Source: Planctomycetota bacterium (GTDB lineage: Bacteria; Planctomycetota; UBA1135; UBA2386). Taken from it: a stretch of 64,000 nt of DNA. A program made the position numbers and the translations under genes. How positions within the stretch are numbered: the first letter of the stretch is position 1; each line of letters opens with the position of its first letter. Shown one piece after another: positions 41,813 to 53,524 of the stretch. The notes beneath the pieces are model-generated. The model saw nothing but the letters and a program-made list of their open reading frames with translations. It ran no database searches and was not told the DNA's origin. Location: NCBI GenBank assembly GCA_947501605.1, contig CANMWZ010000019.1, forward strand, positions 1 to 64,000. The letters are read 5' to 3'.

Positions 41813-44719
41813 CTACGTCCCACGCAGCACCACTGCTGCCCCGCGCCGAAGCTGCACGGTGAACACGCCGTCACCCGCAGCCGTCGTCGGCACGTCCTTG
41901 CCATCGACCGTCGCGGCGGTCTTGGTCTTGCAGCGCACCCGCACCGGGCCGTCCTCGCCGGCGGTGCGGAGGAGCACTGCCTCCACCAGTCGGCCTTCGA
42001 CCCAGCGTAGATCGACCTCCAACCCGCCGCGGGCGCGTAGCGCCGTCACACTGCCGACCTTCCACTTCGTCGGCAACGCCGGCAGCAAGTGCACGGTGAA
42101 GTCTTCGCCCGGCCGCTCGCAGTGGCTCTGCAACAGCAGTTCGGCAATCGCCGCCGTGCCGCCAAAGTTGCCGTCGATCTGAAACGGCGGATGGGCGCAG
42201 AACAGGTTGGGATAGGTCCCACCGTGATGCATGTCGAAGCCCATCTCGCCAATAGGTCGCAGCAGGTTGGTGAGGAGTCGCAGCGCGCGATCGCCGTCGT
42301 GCAATCGCGCCCATAGCAGCGCCTTGTATGCCAGCGCCCAGCCGGTGCCGTCATCGCCCCGACGTTCGAGCGTCGTGCGCGCTGCCGCCGCGAGCGCGGG
42401 CGTGCCCACCGGCGTGATCTGGTTGCCGGGATAGAGCCCGTAGAGGTGCGACACATGCCGATGGTGCGGCTCCACTTCGTCGAAGTCCAAGAGCCACTCC
42501 TGCAACTGACCATGTTTGCCGATCTGCATGGGCGCTAGTTGCTCACGCGCCAGCGCCAACGCCGCCGCGAACGGCGCATCGACGCCGAGCACCACTGCGG
42601 CCTCGATCACGTTGCCGAACAGCTCGCGCACGATCTGCTGGTCGACGGTTGGGCCCATGCAGACATGCGCGGCACCACCGTCCTTGGTGCGGAATGCGTT
42701 CTCGGGCGAGTTCGACACCGAGGTCACCAGCCATTCCGTACCTGGGGCGCGCGTCAACGTCGCCAGGTAGAAGCGGGCGGCGTCACGCAACGTGGGGTAG
42801 ACGCGCTCGAGAACCGCGCGGTCTTGGGTGAACGCGTAGTGGTCGTGCAAGTGACGACAGAGCCAGCCACCGCCCGAGTTGGTCGCACCCCAACTCGCGT
42901 GCTCACCTGGAGACGTGAAGCCCCACACGTTGGTGATGACATGGGCGCACCAGCCATTGGCGTCGTAGTACGCCTTCGCCGTGCGCCGCCCGGGCTCGAC
43001 CAGCGACTCGACGAGCGCGATCAGCGGCTCGTGGCAGGGCACAAGGTTGGTCGTGAGCGCAGGCCAGTAGTTCATCTGGACGTTGATGTCCAAGTGGTAG
43101 TCCCCGTTCCACGGCGTCTGCAGTTCGGGCGCCCAGAGGCCCTGGAGATTGGCCGGCAGTGACCCCGGGCGCGAACTCGAGGCCAGCAGATAGCGCCCAT
43201 AGGCGAAGTAGCTCGCGAACAGGTCGGGGTCGTCACGGCCGCTCGCGAGATCGCGAAGTCGCTGTGTAGTAGTCACCGAGCGGCGACCGTGGCCACCGAG
43301 GTCGAGTCTCACGCGGTCCATCGTGTCGGCGAGGGCAGGTGGCGCCGCACCGTCCTGTTGCTGCTGGCTGCGCTGGGCTTCGGCGATCCGATCGGTGAGT
43401 CCGCTGCTCAGGTCGGTACCGGCCGCGATCGACAACGTGAACGAGGTCGCACCGCGAACATGCAGGCCCGAGGCATCGGCGGTCACGCGACCCTTGGTCA
43501 CCTCGGCCTTCACTTGCGCCTGGAAATTGACGCCGTCGCCACCGCGGCCATCGGCCAGTGACCCCGTCATCCGCAACGTCTTGTCGTCGACCACGTGGAG
43601 ACGCGCGCGCTCAGAGCGGCGGAGTGCGACATCGACATCGAGGATCGGTTCGTCCGCGGACCAGGCCACGACGATCTGTCCCGCGGTCATGCGCACACTG
43701 CGGCGGTGTTGGCGTCCACGATCGTCCACGAACTGCACCGTCCCGACGCCGCTGCGCCACACGGATGCAGGCAACTCGAGGTCGCGCACATAGCCGTCGA
43801 CCGCGCCATGCCACGGCGCCCCGTCGGCACCGAGCCACAGGAGATCGAGGTCGGCCAGAGTCTGGTAGCAGCCAAACGGCACGTCCTTGCCGTTGCCGTG
43901 ACCGCTGCCGGCGCCAGCGCACGTGAACGTCTCGCCCACGAGCTTCTCCGCCTCTTGGTAGGCGCCCTTGCTGAGCAGCTCGCGGATACGCGGGAGGTTG
44001 GCGGCGGCACCTTGGCGATCGGCGGACGCGTCGACGCTGCCGCTCCACATCGAGATCTCGTTGAGCACGACTCGATCGCGCGCAACCCCACCAAACCACG
44101 TAGCGCCCAATCGCCCGTCGCCGATCGGATAGGCCGCCACGAACTCGGTCGCCGGTCGATCGCTCCACAACGCACGATGTTCGGGAGGTAGGGCCGTGCC
44201 GGTGAACTCGATCGCGTTCGGGAGCCTGCCTTCGGGCATCACCTCGCGTGACACGAAGGTCGGCCACAGCAGGTTGGCATGATCCGCACCATTGCCGTCG
44301 CCGCCATCGGTGACGACGAGCTTCAACTCGCTCCTGCCGGTGAGCTCGCAGGCGAACCAAACCGGGGCTGCCTTGCCCTTCTGCAGCGCCGTCGCGTGGA
44401 TCTTGGCGCCATCGACAAACACCTCGAGCGCGATCGAGCCGTTTGCACCGCTTTCCGCGGCGACGCCAAACCACCCGGTCAACCAGTGCATGTTGGCCGG
44501 AATCGAGAACACCAGCTCCGCCGGCGCATGCGTACCGATGCCGCGCTCGGCCAGAGTCTCGCCGACCATCAGTGCGTGGCCGTCGACGCTGCGGTCGTCA
44601 TGCGCCGTGCCCCATCCGCATGAGGCCGACTTGGCGTCGCGCAGGCGAAGCGTCACATCGGGCACTTGAGCCAGCACGAACGTAGCGAACGCGAGCGACG
44701 CAGCCAGGAAACGCAGCAT
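41813..44719 (-). CDS. Glycoside hydrolase family 95 (alpha-L-fucosidase-like) with N-terminal NPCBM/NEW2 domain
   Basis: GIGTHA and [13 protein letters not shown] (NPCBM); [58 protein letters not shown]. Confidence 0.93.
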   Translation of the reverse strand: MLRFLAASLAFATFVLAQVPDVTLRLRDAKSASCGWGTAHDDRSVDGHALMVGETLAERGIGTHAPAELVFSIPANMHWLTGWFGVAAESGANGSIALEVFVDGAKIHATALQKGKAAPVWFACELTGRSELKLVVTDGGDGNGADHANLLWPTFVSREVMPEGRLPNAIEFTGTALPPEHRALWSDRPATEFVAAYPIGDGRLGATWFGGVARDRVVLNEISMWSGSVDASADRQGAAANLPRIRELLSKGAYQEAEKLVGETFTCAGAGSGHGNGKDVPFGCYQTLADLDLLWLGADGAPWHGAVDGYVRDLELPASVWRSGVGTVQFVDDRGRQHRRSVRMTAGQIVVAWSADEPILDVDVALRRSERARLHVVDDKTLRMTGSLADGRGGDGVNFQAQVKAEVTKGRVTADASGLHVRGATSFTLSIAAGTDLSSGLTDRIAEAQRSQQQQDGAAPPALADTMDRVRLDLGGHGRRSVTTTQRLRDLASGRDDPDLFASYFAYGRYLLASSSRPGSLPANLQGLWAPELQTPWNGDYHLDINVQMNYWPALTTNLVPCHEPLIALVESLVEPGRRTAKAYYDANGWCAHVITNVWGFTSPGEHASWGATNSGGGWLCRHLHDHYAFTQDRAVLERVYPTLRDAARFYLATLTRAPGTEWLVTSVSNSPENAFRTKDGGAAHVCMGPTVDQQIVRELFGNVIEAAVVLGVDAPFAAALALAREQLAPMQIGKHGQLQEWLLDFDEVEPHHRHVSHLYGLYPGNQITPVGTPALAAAARTTLERRGDDGTGWALAYKALLWARLHDGDRALRLLTNLLRPIGEMGFDMHHGGTYPNLFCAHPPFQIDGNFGGTAAIAELLLQSHCERPGEDFTVHLLPALPTKWKVGSVTALRARGGLEVDLRWVEGRLVEAVLLRTAGEDGPVRVRCKTKTAATVDGKDVPTTAAGDGVFTVQLRRGAAVVLRGT

Positions 44720-44879
44720 TGCCACAGTCTGCCGCGGGCGTGGCCCCCTGCCCATCCGCGTGGCGCCAAGATCGAAGGCATCGCCCTGGCGAGTTTCGCG
44801 CGCGCGGCCGGGGCTCAGCAAGCGCAGTTCGACCAGGGGTTGCAACCGCCAGAGCCCGAGGGCGGCACGTTGCGTCTGG

Positions 44880-46307
44880 TCAGGCCAGGATCTGACGCAC
44901 GACCGAGCCCGCGACATCCGTCAAGCGGTAGTGACGACCCTGGAACGGGAAGGTCAGCCGTTCATGGTCGAGACCGAGAAGGTGCAGCATCGTGGCGTGC
45001 AGGTCGTGAACATGAACGCCGCCACTCTCGATGTTGTAGCCAAAGTCATCCGTGGCCCCGTGGACGTGGCCGGCGCGCACGCCGCCGCCAGCGAGCCACA
45101 TCGAGAAGCAACGTGGGTGGTGGTCGCGACCGTAGTCGGTCGTCGTCATGCGACCCTGGCAGTAGGCCGTGCGCCCGAACTCGCCGCCCCACACGACCAG
45201 CGTGTCGTCGAGCAGACCGCGCTGGGCCAAGTCTTTGACCAACGCCGCGCTGGCCTGGTCGGTCTGCGCACACTGGTGCGAGATCCCAGCCGGAAGGCCG
45301 CCATGCTGGTCCCAACCCTGGTGGAACAACTGCACGAAGCGGACGCCGCGTTCGACCAGTCTTCGCGCCAGCAAGCAGTTGGCGGCGAAGGTTCCGGGCG
45401 CTCGCGAGCTCGGTCCGTAGAGCGCCAGGGTCGCTTCGCTCTCGCCGCGCACGTCGGTCGCCTCCGGCACGCTTGTCTGCATGCGATACGCGAGTTCCGC
45501 TTGCTGCTGCCGTGCGGCGATCTCGAGATCGTGCTCCCGCTCTGAGGCGTCACGCGTCATCGCCGCAAGCGCGTCGAGCATCGCGCGACGATCGCTGCGC
45601 GCGACGCCATCCGGGTTGGACAAGAACAGCACCGCGTCCTTGCCAGAACGGAACTGCACGCCCTGGTGCTCGCTGGGCAAGAAGCCCGCGCCCCAGAGGC
45701 GCGCGTAGAGAGGTTGGTCGCGCGAGCTGTCCTTCGACACCAGGACGACGAAGGCGGGCAAGTCCGAGTTGCCGGATCCAAGCCCGTAACTGAGCCAACT
45801 CCCCATCGACGGCCGGCCGGCGATCTGGTTGCCGCTGCAAAAAAACGTGATCGCCGGATCGTGGTTGATCGCTTCGGTGTGCACGGCGCGCAACAGGCAG
45901 ATGCGGTCGACGATCGTCGCCGTGTGCGGCAGCAGCTCGCTGATTGCCATGCCGCAGTCGCCGTGCTGCGCGAACTTCGCAAACGAACCGGCAATGGGCA
46001 GCACTGCCTGGTTGCCGCTCATCCCGGTGAGACGCTGCTCGCCGCGCACGCTGTCGGGCAATGGCATGCCGTGCAGCTCGCGCATCTTGGGCTTGTCGTC
46101 AAAGGTCTCGAACTGCGACGGCCCACCCGCCTGAAACAGGTAGATCACGCGCTTGCACTTCGGCGCGAAGTGCGGGATCTGGCGAGCACCCTGCCGCGGA
46201 TCCTGGGTCCGCCCCAGGTCCGTCATCGCCAGCGAGCCAAGTGCGAGGCCGGAGTGGCGCAGCCAGTCGCGACGGCTCGGTGCCTCGCCGCTACGGAGTT
46301 CGTTCAT
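44880..46307 (-). CDS. DUF1501 domain protein (Tat-exported)
   Basis: SRRDWL twin-Arg, [46 protein letters not shown]. Confidence 0.95.
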   Translation of the reverse strand: MNELRSGEAPSRRDWLRHSGLALGSLAMTDLGRTQDPRQGARQIPHFAPKCKRVIYLFQAGGPSQFETFDDKPKMRELHGMPLPDSVRGEQRLTGMSGNQAVLPIAGSFAKFAQHGDCGMAISELLPHTATIVDRICLLRAVHTEAINHDPAITFFCSGNQIAGRPSMGSWLSYGLGSGNSDLPAFVVLVSKDSSRDQPLYARLWGAGFLPSEHQGVQFRSGKDAVLFLSNPDGVARSDRRAMLDALAAMTRDASEREHDLEIAARQQQAELAYRMQTSVPEATDVRGESEATLALYGPSSRAPGTFAANCLLARRLVERGVRFVQLFHQGWDQHGGLPAGISHQCAQTDQASAALVKDLAQRGLLDDTLVVWGGEFGRTAYCQGRMTTTDYGRDHHPRCFSMWLAGGGVRAGHVHGATDDFGYNIESGGVHVHDLHATMLHLLGLDHERLTFPFQGRHYRLTDVAGSVVRQILA

Positions 46308-49300
46308 CGCATCACCATCGCGGCATCGGTTCCTAGGATCGCCGAGCACGCGAGCGTCAGCGCCGCCAGCTCCGGGGACTCGCTACCGCAGACCGCCGCA
46401 GCGTCCTTGGGCGCCGCCGCATAACGCGCGACCGCGGTGTCGTACAGCGTCGTCAGCGCAGCAAGCTCGTTGCCGGTCGGGTTGCGGGTGCACACGCAGC
46501 GAAAGGCGGTGATCAGTCGAGTCGCGACGTCGCTGTCGTCACGTGTTGCACGCGCGGCCAACCCGAGAGCGCATTCGAAGAACACCGGATCGTTGGCGAT
46601 GACGAGCGCTTGCAGCGGGGTGTTGGTCGAAGACCGCCGCGACTGGCAGGTTTCGCGCGAGCCCGCGTCGAACGCGGCCAGGTCGGGCACTGTCACGGTG
46701 CGCTTGCGGTAGGTGTAGAGACTGCGCCGATGCGCGTCCGTGCCCTGGCTCGCAACGTAGTTACCGCTCTGCCCCGCATCGCCCCACAAGCCGTCCGGCT
46801 GCCACGGTTTGACGCTTGGACCGCCGAGCGCTTCGTGCAGCAGACCTGACGCGAACAGCGCCTGATCGCGCAACATCTCGGCCGACAGACGGATCGAGGG
46901 CCCGCGCGCGAGCCAGGCGTTCTGCGGATCCTGTTCGCGCGCCGCCGCCGACGCTCTCGACGATTGCGCAAACGTCGCACTGGTGACGAAGCGGCGCAAC
47001 ATCGCGCGCACGTTCCATGCCGTGCCGGCGGTGCCATCGCCATCGCAAAAGTCACGCGAGAGGGTATCGAGCAAGGCCGGATGACTCGGCACACTGCCTT
47101 GCACGCCGAAGTTCTCCCGCGTCTCGACGAGGCCGCGACCAAACACCTGCGCCCACAGGCGATCGACGGCGACGCGAGCGGTCAACGGATGCCGTGGATC
47201 ACACAGCCAGCGTGCGAGGCCGAGGCGATTCCGCGGCAGCGATGCATCGAACGGCAGGACCGCATCGACGGCGCCTGGCGCACACGGCTGCGAACGATCG
47301 GGCTGGTCGTAGGCCCCGCGCGCGAGCACCACCGTCGCCGGCGCCAACGTGGAGTCCTGCATGCACGAGAGTGCTGGGATCGCGTCCAGATGCGCTGCGA
47401 GTTCACGCTGCGCTGCGCGCAGCGCGCGGCACGCGGCAACGACGGCGGGATCCTGCTGCACGAAGTGGTCGACCGCCGTCGCTGCACCGCGACGCTGGGC
47501 TTCCGCGTCCACGCTCATCGCAATCCCCCGCCGTGCCGCGGCGATCGACTCGACCTTCGACATCTGCGCGCGCGTGAGCGCTTTCCGCCACACCCGCAAC
47601 TCGTCGATGGCGCCAGCCCGGAAGCCGCTGCCGCGCGAACGCGAGCCGACCTCGAGCGTATGCACCGCCAGCGGTCCGTCGAGCGCATCGCGCACGACCT
47701 CGGTCGGCACCAAGAGTCCGTTCACGCCAATCGTCAGCCCGCTGCTGCGCGACGAACCGTCGTAGGCGACCACGAGGTGCGTCCAGACGCCGATGGGCAG
47801 GGCTTCGACCGTCCGCACGCTCGCTACCGAGCAAGGCCAGAGGTGGATCGCGCTGAAGCGAACGCGACCCTCGTCGAGTTCGAGTTCGATCCCCGACGCA
47901 TCGGCATCCTGAGTGTAGAAGCCCGCGGCGTGCACGATCGCCGCGCGAGCGTTGCGTTCGCCAGCGCGGAGCCACATCGACATCGTGATCTCGTCGTGAC
48001 GCCCGAAGCCTGCGAGCCCGCGCAACGACAAACCACCGTCGCCGTCGAAGTGCATCGCCGCACCCTCGCGGCCGTCGCCGATCGCGACGGCACCGAGCTG
48101 TTCGGGCCGATGCCGATCAGTCGTCGCCGCCTCGGCGCCCGGGATGCGGTTTGGCGTTGCGCCATCCACGAGTTGGTCGAACGGGTAGTGCGCGTCGGGC
48201 GGCGGCACGGTCACGACAACGCTCTCCGCCGTGCTCGCTGCGGCGACCGCGGCATCGTCCATAGCCAACTGCAGTGCGCGCTCACAGACGGCGACATTTG
48301 CCCGCAACTCGGCCTCGCGCGCAGCCTGCGCGCTGGTCGCGAGGCGCACGAACGGCGGCGGCGCTGGCACCGCCAACGCGTAGGGCTTGAGCCCGTTCTC
48401 GTCGATCGCGCCGAACATCGCCGCCAGCGAATAGAAGTCGCGCGCCTTGATCGGGTCGAACTTGTGGTCGTGACAGCGCGCACACTCGAGCGTCAGTCCG
48501 ACGAACGTCGTGCCAAAGGTGGCGACGCGGTCGGCGATGCCCTCCTGCCGAAACTCCTCCGCGATCGAGCCACCCTCTTCGGTCAGGCGATGCATGCGCC
48601 AGAAGGCGGTGGCCACGCGCTCGTCGACGCTCGCATCCGGCAACAGGTCGCCAGCGAGGATCTGCTGCACGAAGCGATCGAACGGCACGTTGTCGCACAA
48701 GCTCCGCAACAGCCAGTCGCGCCACGGCCACCAAAACGACTCGCCGTCCGATTGGTAGCCATGCGTGTCGGCGTAGCGCGCAAGGTCGAGCCAAGTGGTC
48801 GCCATGTGCTCGGCGGCGCGTTCGGACGCGAGCATGGTGTCGACCATCGCTTCGTAGCGCTCCTGGGTGGGATCGCGCGTGAACGCCGCGGCGTCGGCGA
48901 CGGCGGGCGGCAATCCCGTCAGCACCAGCGAGGCCCGCCGCAGCAGCGTCAACGGTTCGGCGGCAGGCGAGGGCGCGCGACCTGCCTGTTCCAACTCCGC
49001 GAGCACGAACTGGTCGAGCGGGTCGCGAACCCACGCCGCATCGCGCACGGCCGGCCGCGGCGAGCGCACCGGCGCGACGAAGGCCCAGTGCGGTGCATAG
49101 TCACCACCCTGCGCGACCCAGGCGACCAAGGTCGCGCGCTGCGCGGCGGTCAGCGGCCGCTTGAAGTGCGCCGGCGGCATGGCCTCGTCGTCCGATGCCA
49201 GCACGCGACGCACGAGTTCACTGTTGGCGATGTCGCCCGGCACGATGGCCCGCGCACCGGAGTCGAGCGCAGCCCTCGACACATCCTGCTGATCGAGTCG

Positions 49301-49519
49301 CAGTCCAGCCTGGCGCTGGTGCTCATCGGGACCATGGCAGGCAAAGCAGCGGTCGGCGAGGATCGGCCGGACGTCGCGCCCGAAGTCTGTGCGAGCCGTT
49401 CTGGCGCGCGTGGGCCCGGCAGCCGTTGGCGCAGCAGGATCCGTGTCCGGCACGCGCAACGCCGACGCGCAGGCGACGGCAAGCACGGCGCTGCAGAGCA
49501 CGAGGTAACGAGAGTTCAC
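46304..49519 (-). CDS. Planctomycete cytochrome c / PSD1 protein (DUF1549 + LamG-like + DUF1553)
   Basis: DF.RDVRPIL.DRCFACHGPD, WLDLARYADTHGY, CARCHDHKFDP, RLGLARWL, RLSAEM.RDQAL, TNTPLQAL. Confidence 0.95.
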   Translation of the reverse strand: MNSRYLVLCSAVLAVACASALRVPDTDPAAPTAAGPTRARTARTDFGRDVRPILADRCFACHGPDEHQRQAGLRLDQQDVSRAALDSGARAIVPGDIANSELVRRVLASDDEAMPPAHFKRPLTAAQRATLVAWVAQGGDYAPHWAFVAPVRSPRPAVRDAAWVRDPLDQFVLAELEQAGRAPSPAAEPLTLLRRASLVLTGLPPAVADAAAFTRDPTQERYEAMVDTMLASERAAEHMATTWLDLARYADTHGYQSDGESFWWPWRDWLLRSLCDNVPFDRFVQQILAGDLLPDASVDERVATAFWRMHRLTEEGGSIAEEFRQEGIADRVATFGTTFVGLTLECARCHDHKFDPIKARDFYSLAAMFGAIDENGLKPYALAVPAPPPFVRLATSAQAAREAELRANVAVCERALQLAMDDAAVAAASTAESVVVTVPPPDAHYPFDQLVDGATPNRIPGAEAATTDRHRPEQLGAVAIGDGREGAAMHFDGDGGLSLRGLAGFGRHDEITMSMWLRAGERNARAAIVHAAGFYTQDADASGIELELDEGRVRFSAIHLWPCSVASVRTVEALPIGVWTHLVVAYDGSSRSSGLTIGVNGLLVPTEVVRDALDGPLAVHTLEVGSRSRGSGFRAGAIDELRVWRKALTRAQMSKVESIAAARRGIAMSVDAEAQRRGAATAVDHFVQQDPAVVAACRALRAAQRELAAHLDAIPALSCMQDSTLAPATVVLARGAYDQPDRSQPCAPGAVDAVLPFDASLPRNRLGLARWLCDPRHPLTARVAVDRLWAQVFGRGLVETRENFGVQGSVPSHPALLDTLSRDFCDGDGTAGTAWNVRAMLRRFVTSATFAQSSRASAAAREQDPQNAWLARGPSIRLSAEMLRDQALFASGLLHEALGGPSVKPWQPDGLWGDAGQSGNYVASQGTDAHRRSLYTYRKRTVTVPDLAAFDAGSRETCQSRRSSTNTPLQALVIANDPVFFECALGLAARATRDDSDVATRLITAFRCVCTRNPTGNELAALTTLYDTAVARYAAAPKDAAAVCGSESPELAALTLACSAILGTDAAMVMR

Positions 49520-49549
49520 GCGCGCCTCACCATAGCCGGTGGCGCGCCA

Positions 49550-50113
49550 TCAGAGTTCGTCCCAGACCTGCCGCGGCGAACGCAACGACCCTGGCAGCGC
49601 GTCGCGAGCCGCGAGCCGCAATTGGTAGAAGGCGACATCGCACCAGGCGCCAAACTTGAAGCCCGCCTGTCGCACCAGCCCTGCCGGTTCGAAGCCGAGC
49701 TCGCGGTGCAATCGGTCGCTGGCGTCGTTGGGCATGGTCGCGCCCGCCATCAGGGAGTGGAAGCCCTGGGCGCGGCAGACGGCGATCAGTCGTTCGTAGA
49801 CCGCGAGCCCAAGACGCTGCCCAAGGCAATCGTGGCGCACGTAGACTCCGGTCTCCGGCGTCCAGCTGTAGGCGGCACGCGCACGCCACACCCCGGCCTT
49901 GGCGTAGGCCACGACCTCGCTGCGGCGCTCAGCGACAATCCAGGGGTAGAGGTCTTCGTGCTGTCGCCACAGCTGCTGCAACTCGCCACCGGTCACGTCC
50001 TGCGTGCCGAAGTGGATCGTCGTCGTGCGGATGTAGTGATTCGTCAACGCTGCGATCGCATCGAAGTCGGACGCGACCGCAAGACGCAGGAGAACAGCAG
50101 ACATGGCCGGCAT
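49550..50113 (-). CDS. GNAT N-acetyltransferase (phosphinothricin acetyltransferase-like)
   Basis: YPW.VA, R.AY.WT.E.GVYV, G.RLG..., N.AS..LH..LGF, GFKFG.W.DV. Confidence 0.9.
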   Translation of the reverse strand: MPAMSAVLLRLAVASDFDAIAALTNHYIRTTTIHFGTQDVTGGELQQLWRQHEDLYPWIVAERRSEVVAYAKAGVWRARAAYSWTPETGVYVRHDCLGQRLGLAVYERLIAVCRAQGFHSLMAGATMPNDASDRLHRELGFEPAGLVRQAGFKFGAWCDVAFYQLRLAARDALPGSLRSPRQVWDEL

Positions 50114-50122
50114 GATGCGACC

Positions 50123-51751
50123 ATGCGCCGCTGCCTGCTACTGCTCACCGCCTTCACCATCCGTGTCGTAGCCCAGGATCCGTCGCCAAAGCCACAGCCC
50201 GCGACCCTCGTGCCAACAGCCGGCACGGAGACTCGCGCCGCCGCCGCCGGCTGGGGCACTGGCTCCTGGCGCAACCAGCACGAGCAGTGCGTGCAGCTCG
50301 CCAATCGCGGCGGCATCGACCTCGTACTCCTCGGCGACTCGATCACGCAGAGTTGGGGCGGCCCCACTCGCGACGTGACCAACACGGCGGGCGAGAACCT
50401 GGCCGCGCACTTCTCTGGGCTGCGCACCGCCAACATGGGCATCAGCGGCGACCGCACGCAGCACGTGCTCTGGCGCGTACAGAACGGCACCGTGTCTGGC
50501 CTGCACCCACGCTGGCTGGTGCTTGCGATCGGCACCAACAACCTGAGTGCCGGGGATGCCCCGGCCGACATCGCGCGCGGCACCGTCGCCATCGTCACCG
50601 AACTGCGAACGCGCCTACCGCACACGCACGTGCTCGTACAGACGCCGTTTCCGCGCGGACGCGAGCCGAACGACCCGCTTCGCCAACGGAGTCGCGAACT
50701 CAGCAGCTCGCTGCTCGCCAGCAGTTGGCCCGCAGACGTCAGCTTGCTCGATCCCGCGACGACGTTCTGCCTTGCAGACGGCACGCTCGACGACCGACTC
50801 TTCGCCGCGGACTTCCTGCACCTGCAAGAGCGCGGGTACGACGCCTGGGGCCGTTACCTGCGCGCCGCGATCGATGCGCTCGAACCAACGCGCGTCCGCC
50901 ACGTGGTCTTCGTCGCCGGCGATGAAGAGTACCGCAGCGAGGAGACGCTGCCGCTGCTGGCGCAGATCGCGCAACGCGAACTCAGCATCCGAACCACGGT
51001 GTGCCTGCCACGTGCAACCGACGGGACGATTGATCCCGAGCGACCAGACCACATCGACGACCTCGCCGCTCTCGACTCGGCGGATCTGATGGTGTTGTTC
51101 ACCCGCTTCCGCGCGCTTCCCGACGAAGAACTGCGACCCATCCAGGCCCACCTCGAACTCGGGCGCGCCGCCGTCGGGTTTCGCACCGCAACCCACGCCT
51201 TCCGCTATGCAGCGGACTCACCGCACGTGGCGATGAACGACGAGTGGCCGCGCAAGCACTTTGGCCAGCGCTGGATCTCGCATCATGGGCACTTCGACGA
51301 CGGCAAGGCGCCGCTCACCGACGTCGTGCTCGCCGCGGAGTCGACGGCGCATCCGATCCTGCGCGGCATGCTGCCGTTTGCGGCGTGGTCGTGGCTCTAT
51401 CACGTGCAAGGCGGCGGCGACGAACTCCTGGACGTGCAGGACGTGCTCCTGCGCGGCACCCCGCGCCGGTCTGGCCTCGCGGACGAAGCGCGCTTTCCGC
51501 GTGTGCAACCGGTCGCCTGGACGCGCTCGGTACGACGGCACGACGGCTTGGAACAGCGGGTGTTCTTCACCACGCTGGGGCACCCGTTCGATTTTCGCGA
51601 AGCACTGATGCGCCGCCTGGCCCTGCAGGGCATCGCCTGGACGCTCCACCGCGAAGACGCGATCCCGCCGAGCGGCATCGACGCCAGCCTGCAAACGGTG
51701 TTTCTACCGTCGAACTCGGGCATCGGTGGCCACCTCAAAGGACGTCGCTGA
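50123..51751 (+). CDS. Secreted GDSL/SGNH hydrolase fused to a ThuA-like domain
   Basis: GDSIT, GISGDRT, IGTNN, DFLH; then AGDEEYRSEETLP, GFRTATHAF, RVFFTTLGH. Confidence 0.9.
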   Translation: MRRCLLLLTAFTIRVVAQDPSPKPQPATLVPTAGTETRAAAAGWGTGSWRNQHEQCVQLANRGGIDLVLLGDSITQSWGGPTRDVTNTAGENLAAHFSGLRTANMGISGDRTQHVLWRVQNGTVSGLHPRWLVLAIGTNNLSAGDAPADIARGTVAIVTELRTRLPHTHVLVQTPFPRGREPNDPLRQRSRELSSSLLASSWPADVSLLDPATTFCLADGTLDDRLFAADFLHLQERGYDAWGRYLRAAIDALEPTRVRHVVFVAGDEEYRSEETLPLLAQIAQRELSIRTTVCLPRATDGTIDPERPDHIDDLAALDSADLMVLFTRFRALPDEELRPIQAHLELGRAAVGFRTATHAFRYAADSPHVAMNDEWPRKHFGQRWISHHGHFDDGKAPLTDVVLAAESTAHPILRGMLPFAAWSWLYHVQGGGDELLDVQDVLLRGTPRRSGLADEARFPRVQPVAWTRSVRRHDGLEQRVFFTTLGHPFDFREALMRRLALQGIAWTLHREDAIPPSGIDASLQTVFLPSNSGIGGHLKGRR

Positions 51752-51875
51752 AGCAGAGGCGGCATCGTGCAGTCGAGTGCGGTGCGCGCAGCCAGAATGG
51801 GGTGCGTCGCGACACGAAAGCCGTGCTGCCGGCAAGCGACCCTTGCCGACCGCGGGGCTGGACCCTCGCCGCGGC

Positions 51876-52892
51876 TCAGCCCTTGGTGCGCGCAGCCTCC
51901 GTCGCCGCGGGCGGCGCGTTCGCTTCGTCGCGCGCCGCGACCAGTTCCCCCATCGCCGCGCCGAGCGCCATGCCGATGCGGAGATAGCTCTCACCGCTGC
52001 CAAACCAGTGATGGCCGTGGCTTTGGTTGGGGCACTCCTCGGGCTTCTTCAGGAATGCGCGCGTCGGCACGAAGCGCGCACCCACAGCGACCCTTGCATC
52101 CTCGCACCCCTGCTTCTGCCCCGAACGCAGCGCCTCGCTGCCGTGGTTGCCGGTCTCGCCGCAGACGAAGGGCAGCGTCGAGTCGCCAAACTCCCGCCGC
52201 AGGTCCGCGATCAGGTGCACGAGGTTCTGGCCATACTCCTTGGCCATGGCGTCGTCACAGCCATCGTTCCACCCTTGAAACCACAGCACGCCGTCGAGCT
52301 TGGGTTGGTGCTGCGCGAGGGCGGGGAAGTCCTTGGCGATCGCCGCGATAGCGAGGTGGTACTCATTCTGCATGCGCAGGTAGAACGGCCCCGTGTCGCC
52401 CTCGGCGCTCGGCGGCCGAAAGTCGCGCGCGAGGCTCTTGCCGCCCCAGGCGGTCTTGATCAGCAGCACGGGCTCGCGAAAGCGCTCGCCGAGTTGCTGG
52501 CCGATGCCGAGTTCCGGGCCGAAGTGGTGGGCGTCGTCGTAGACGGCGAAGCCGACCGTCAGCGCGCCCGCCTTCTTTGCGCCGTTCGCCGGTAGATACG
52601 ACACGAACACGTCGTCGCGAACGGCCCACTTGCCCGCCTCGTCGCGCAATCCAGCCCACTGTCCGTCCGCCTTGTTGGCGTCGAGGAAGTGCTTCAGCGT
52701 GCCCTTGCCGCCGTTGTAGTCACGCTCGTCGTCGAGGTCGACGACGCCGTGGCCTTCCATGTTGGACTGCCCAGCCAGCAGAAACACGCGCAGGACGGGC
52801 TTCGGCGTCGGCGCGGGCGCAGCAGCCTGAGCCAGGAGCGAGCACGTTGCGAGCGCGAGCGGAACGACGGCAGCGGCAAGAGTTGGCAGCAT
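51876..52892 (-). CDS. Sialate O-acetylesterase-like (SASA/DUF303) protein
   Basis: FLLAGQSNMEG, FGPELG, LIKTAWGG.SL, WFQGWND, HHW. Confidence 0.9.
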   Translation of the reverse strand: MLPTLAAAVVPLALATCSLLAQAAAPAPTPKPVLRVFLLAGQSNMEGHGVVDLDDERDYNGGKGTLKHFLDANKADGQWAGLRDEAGKWAVRDDVFVSYLPANGAKKAGALTVGFAVYDDAHHFGPELGIGQQLGERFREPVLLIKTAWGGKSLARDFRPPSAEGDTGPFYLRMQNEYHLAIAAIAKDFPALAQHQPKLDGVLWFQGWNDGCDDAMAKEYGQNLVHLIADLRREFGDSTLPFVCGETGNHGSEALRSGQKQGCEDARVAVGARFVPTRAFLKKPEECPNQSHGHHWFGSGESYLRIGMALGAAMGELVAARDEANAPPAATEAARTKG

Positions 52893-53067
52893 CGCCGGAT
52901 CCTAGTCGACGCCACGGCAGGCGCGGCATCGCGGCGCTGCGGTCGCCGGGCACTACGGTCTTGAAGGCACTTCGTCGCGGGTTCTGGCGGACGCCGCAAG
53001 GGAGCGAGCGCCAAGCCGGCCCGACCTCGACAGTGCCGGCGCCGGCGAGCACCGGCTCGACGGACCG

Positions 53068-53463
53068 TCAGAGCTTGCGCTCGCGGGGAGTCTCGGTTGC
53101 TGGAATGAGCGGCGTCGGCAAGTCGAGACTCTTGGCTTCCTTCAGCAAGTCGCGGGCATTCTTGGCCGACTGCGTGCCGCTGGCGAGCGGCAAGCGCTCG
53201 GCCGGCATCGCGCTCACCTTGCGGATGCGGGCCCAGACACCACAGCCGGCGTTGGCATCGAGCGCGCCGATGTCGGTGACCTTTGGGTGGCCCTTCAGCA
53301 GGTCGCGCGCGAGCTTGGCCAGGATGCCGGCACCGCGGCCGTGCACGATCTCGATGCGCAGATTGCCCTGCGCTTGCGCCGTGTCGATGAGGCGCAGGAT
53401 GGCCGCGGTGGCGCGCTGGGAGTCGAGACCGTGGAGATCGATGCGAGCGTTCGGACTAGTCAT
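53068..53463 (-). CDS. Stand-alone Smr domain protein
   Basis: IDLHGL, IVHGRGAGIL, N.G.G. Confidence 0.88.
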   Translation of the reverse strand: MTSPNARIDLHGLDSQRATAAILRLIDTAQAQGNLRIEIVHGRGAGILAKLARDLLKGHPKVTDIGALDANAGCGVWARIRKVSAMPAERLPLASGTQSAKNARDLLKEAKSLDLPTPLIPATETPRERKL

Positions 53464-53524
53464 CACGGAGCCTCGGAAGCGCCGCAGGGTGTCACGAACG
53501 ACCGCCGACGTCAACTCGGCAGCC

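Noticed and set aside
46964..50122. N-terminal ~1050 aa of the 1595-aa plus-strand ORF
   Set aside because: Antisense shadow of the PSD1 and GNAT genes. The real protein starts at 50123 with a signal peptide.
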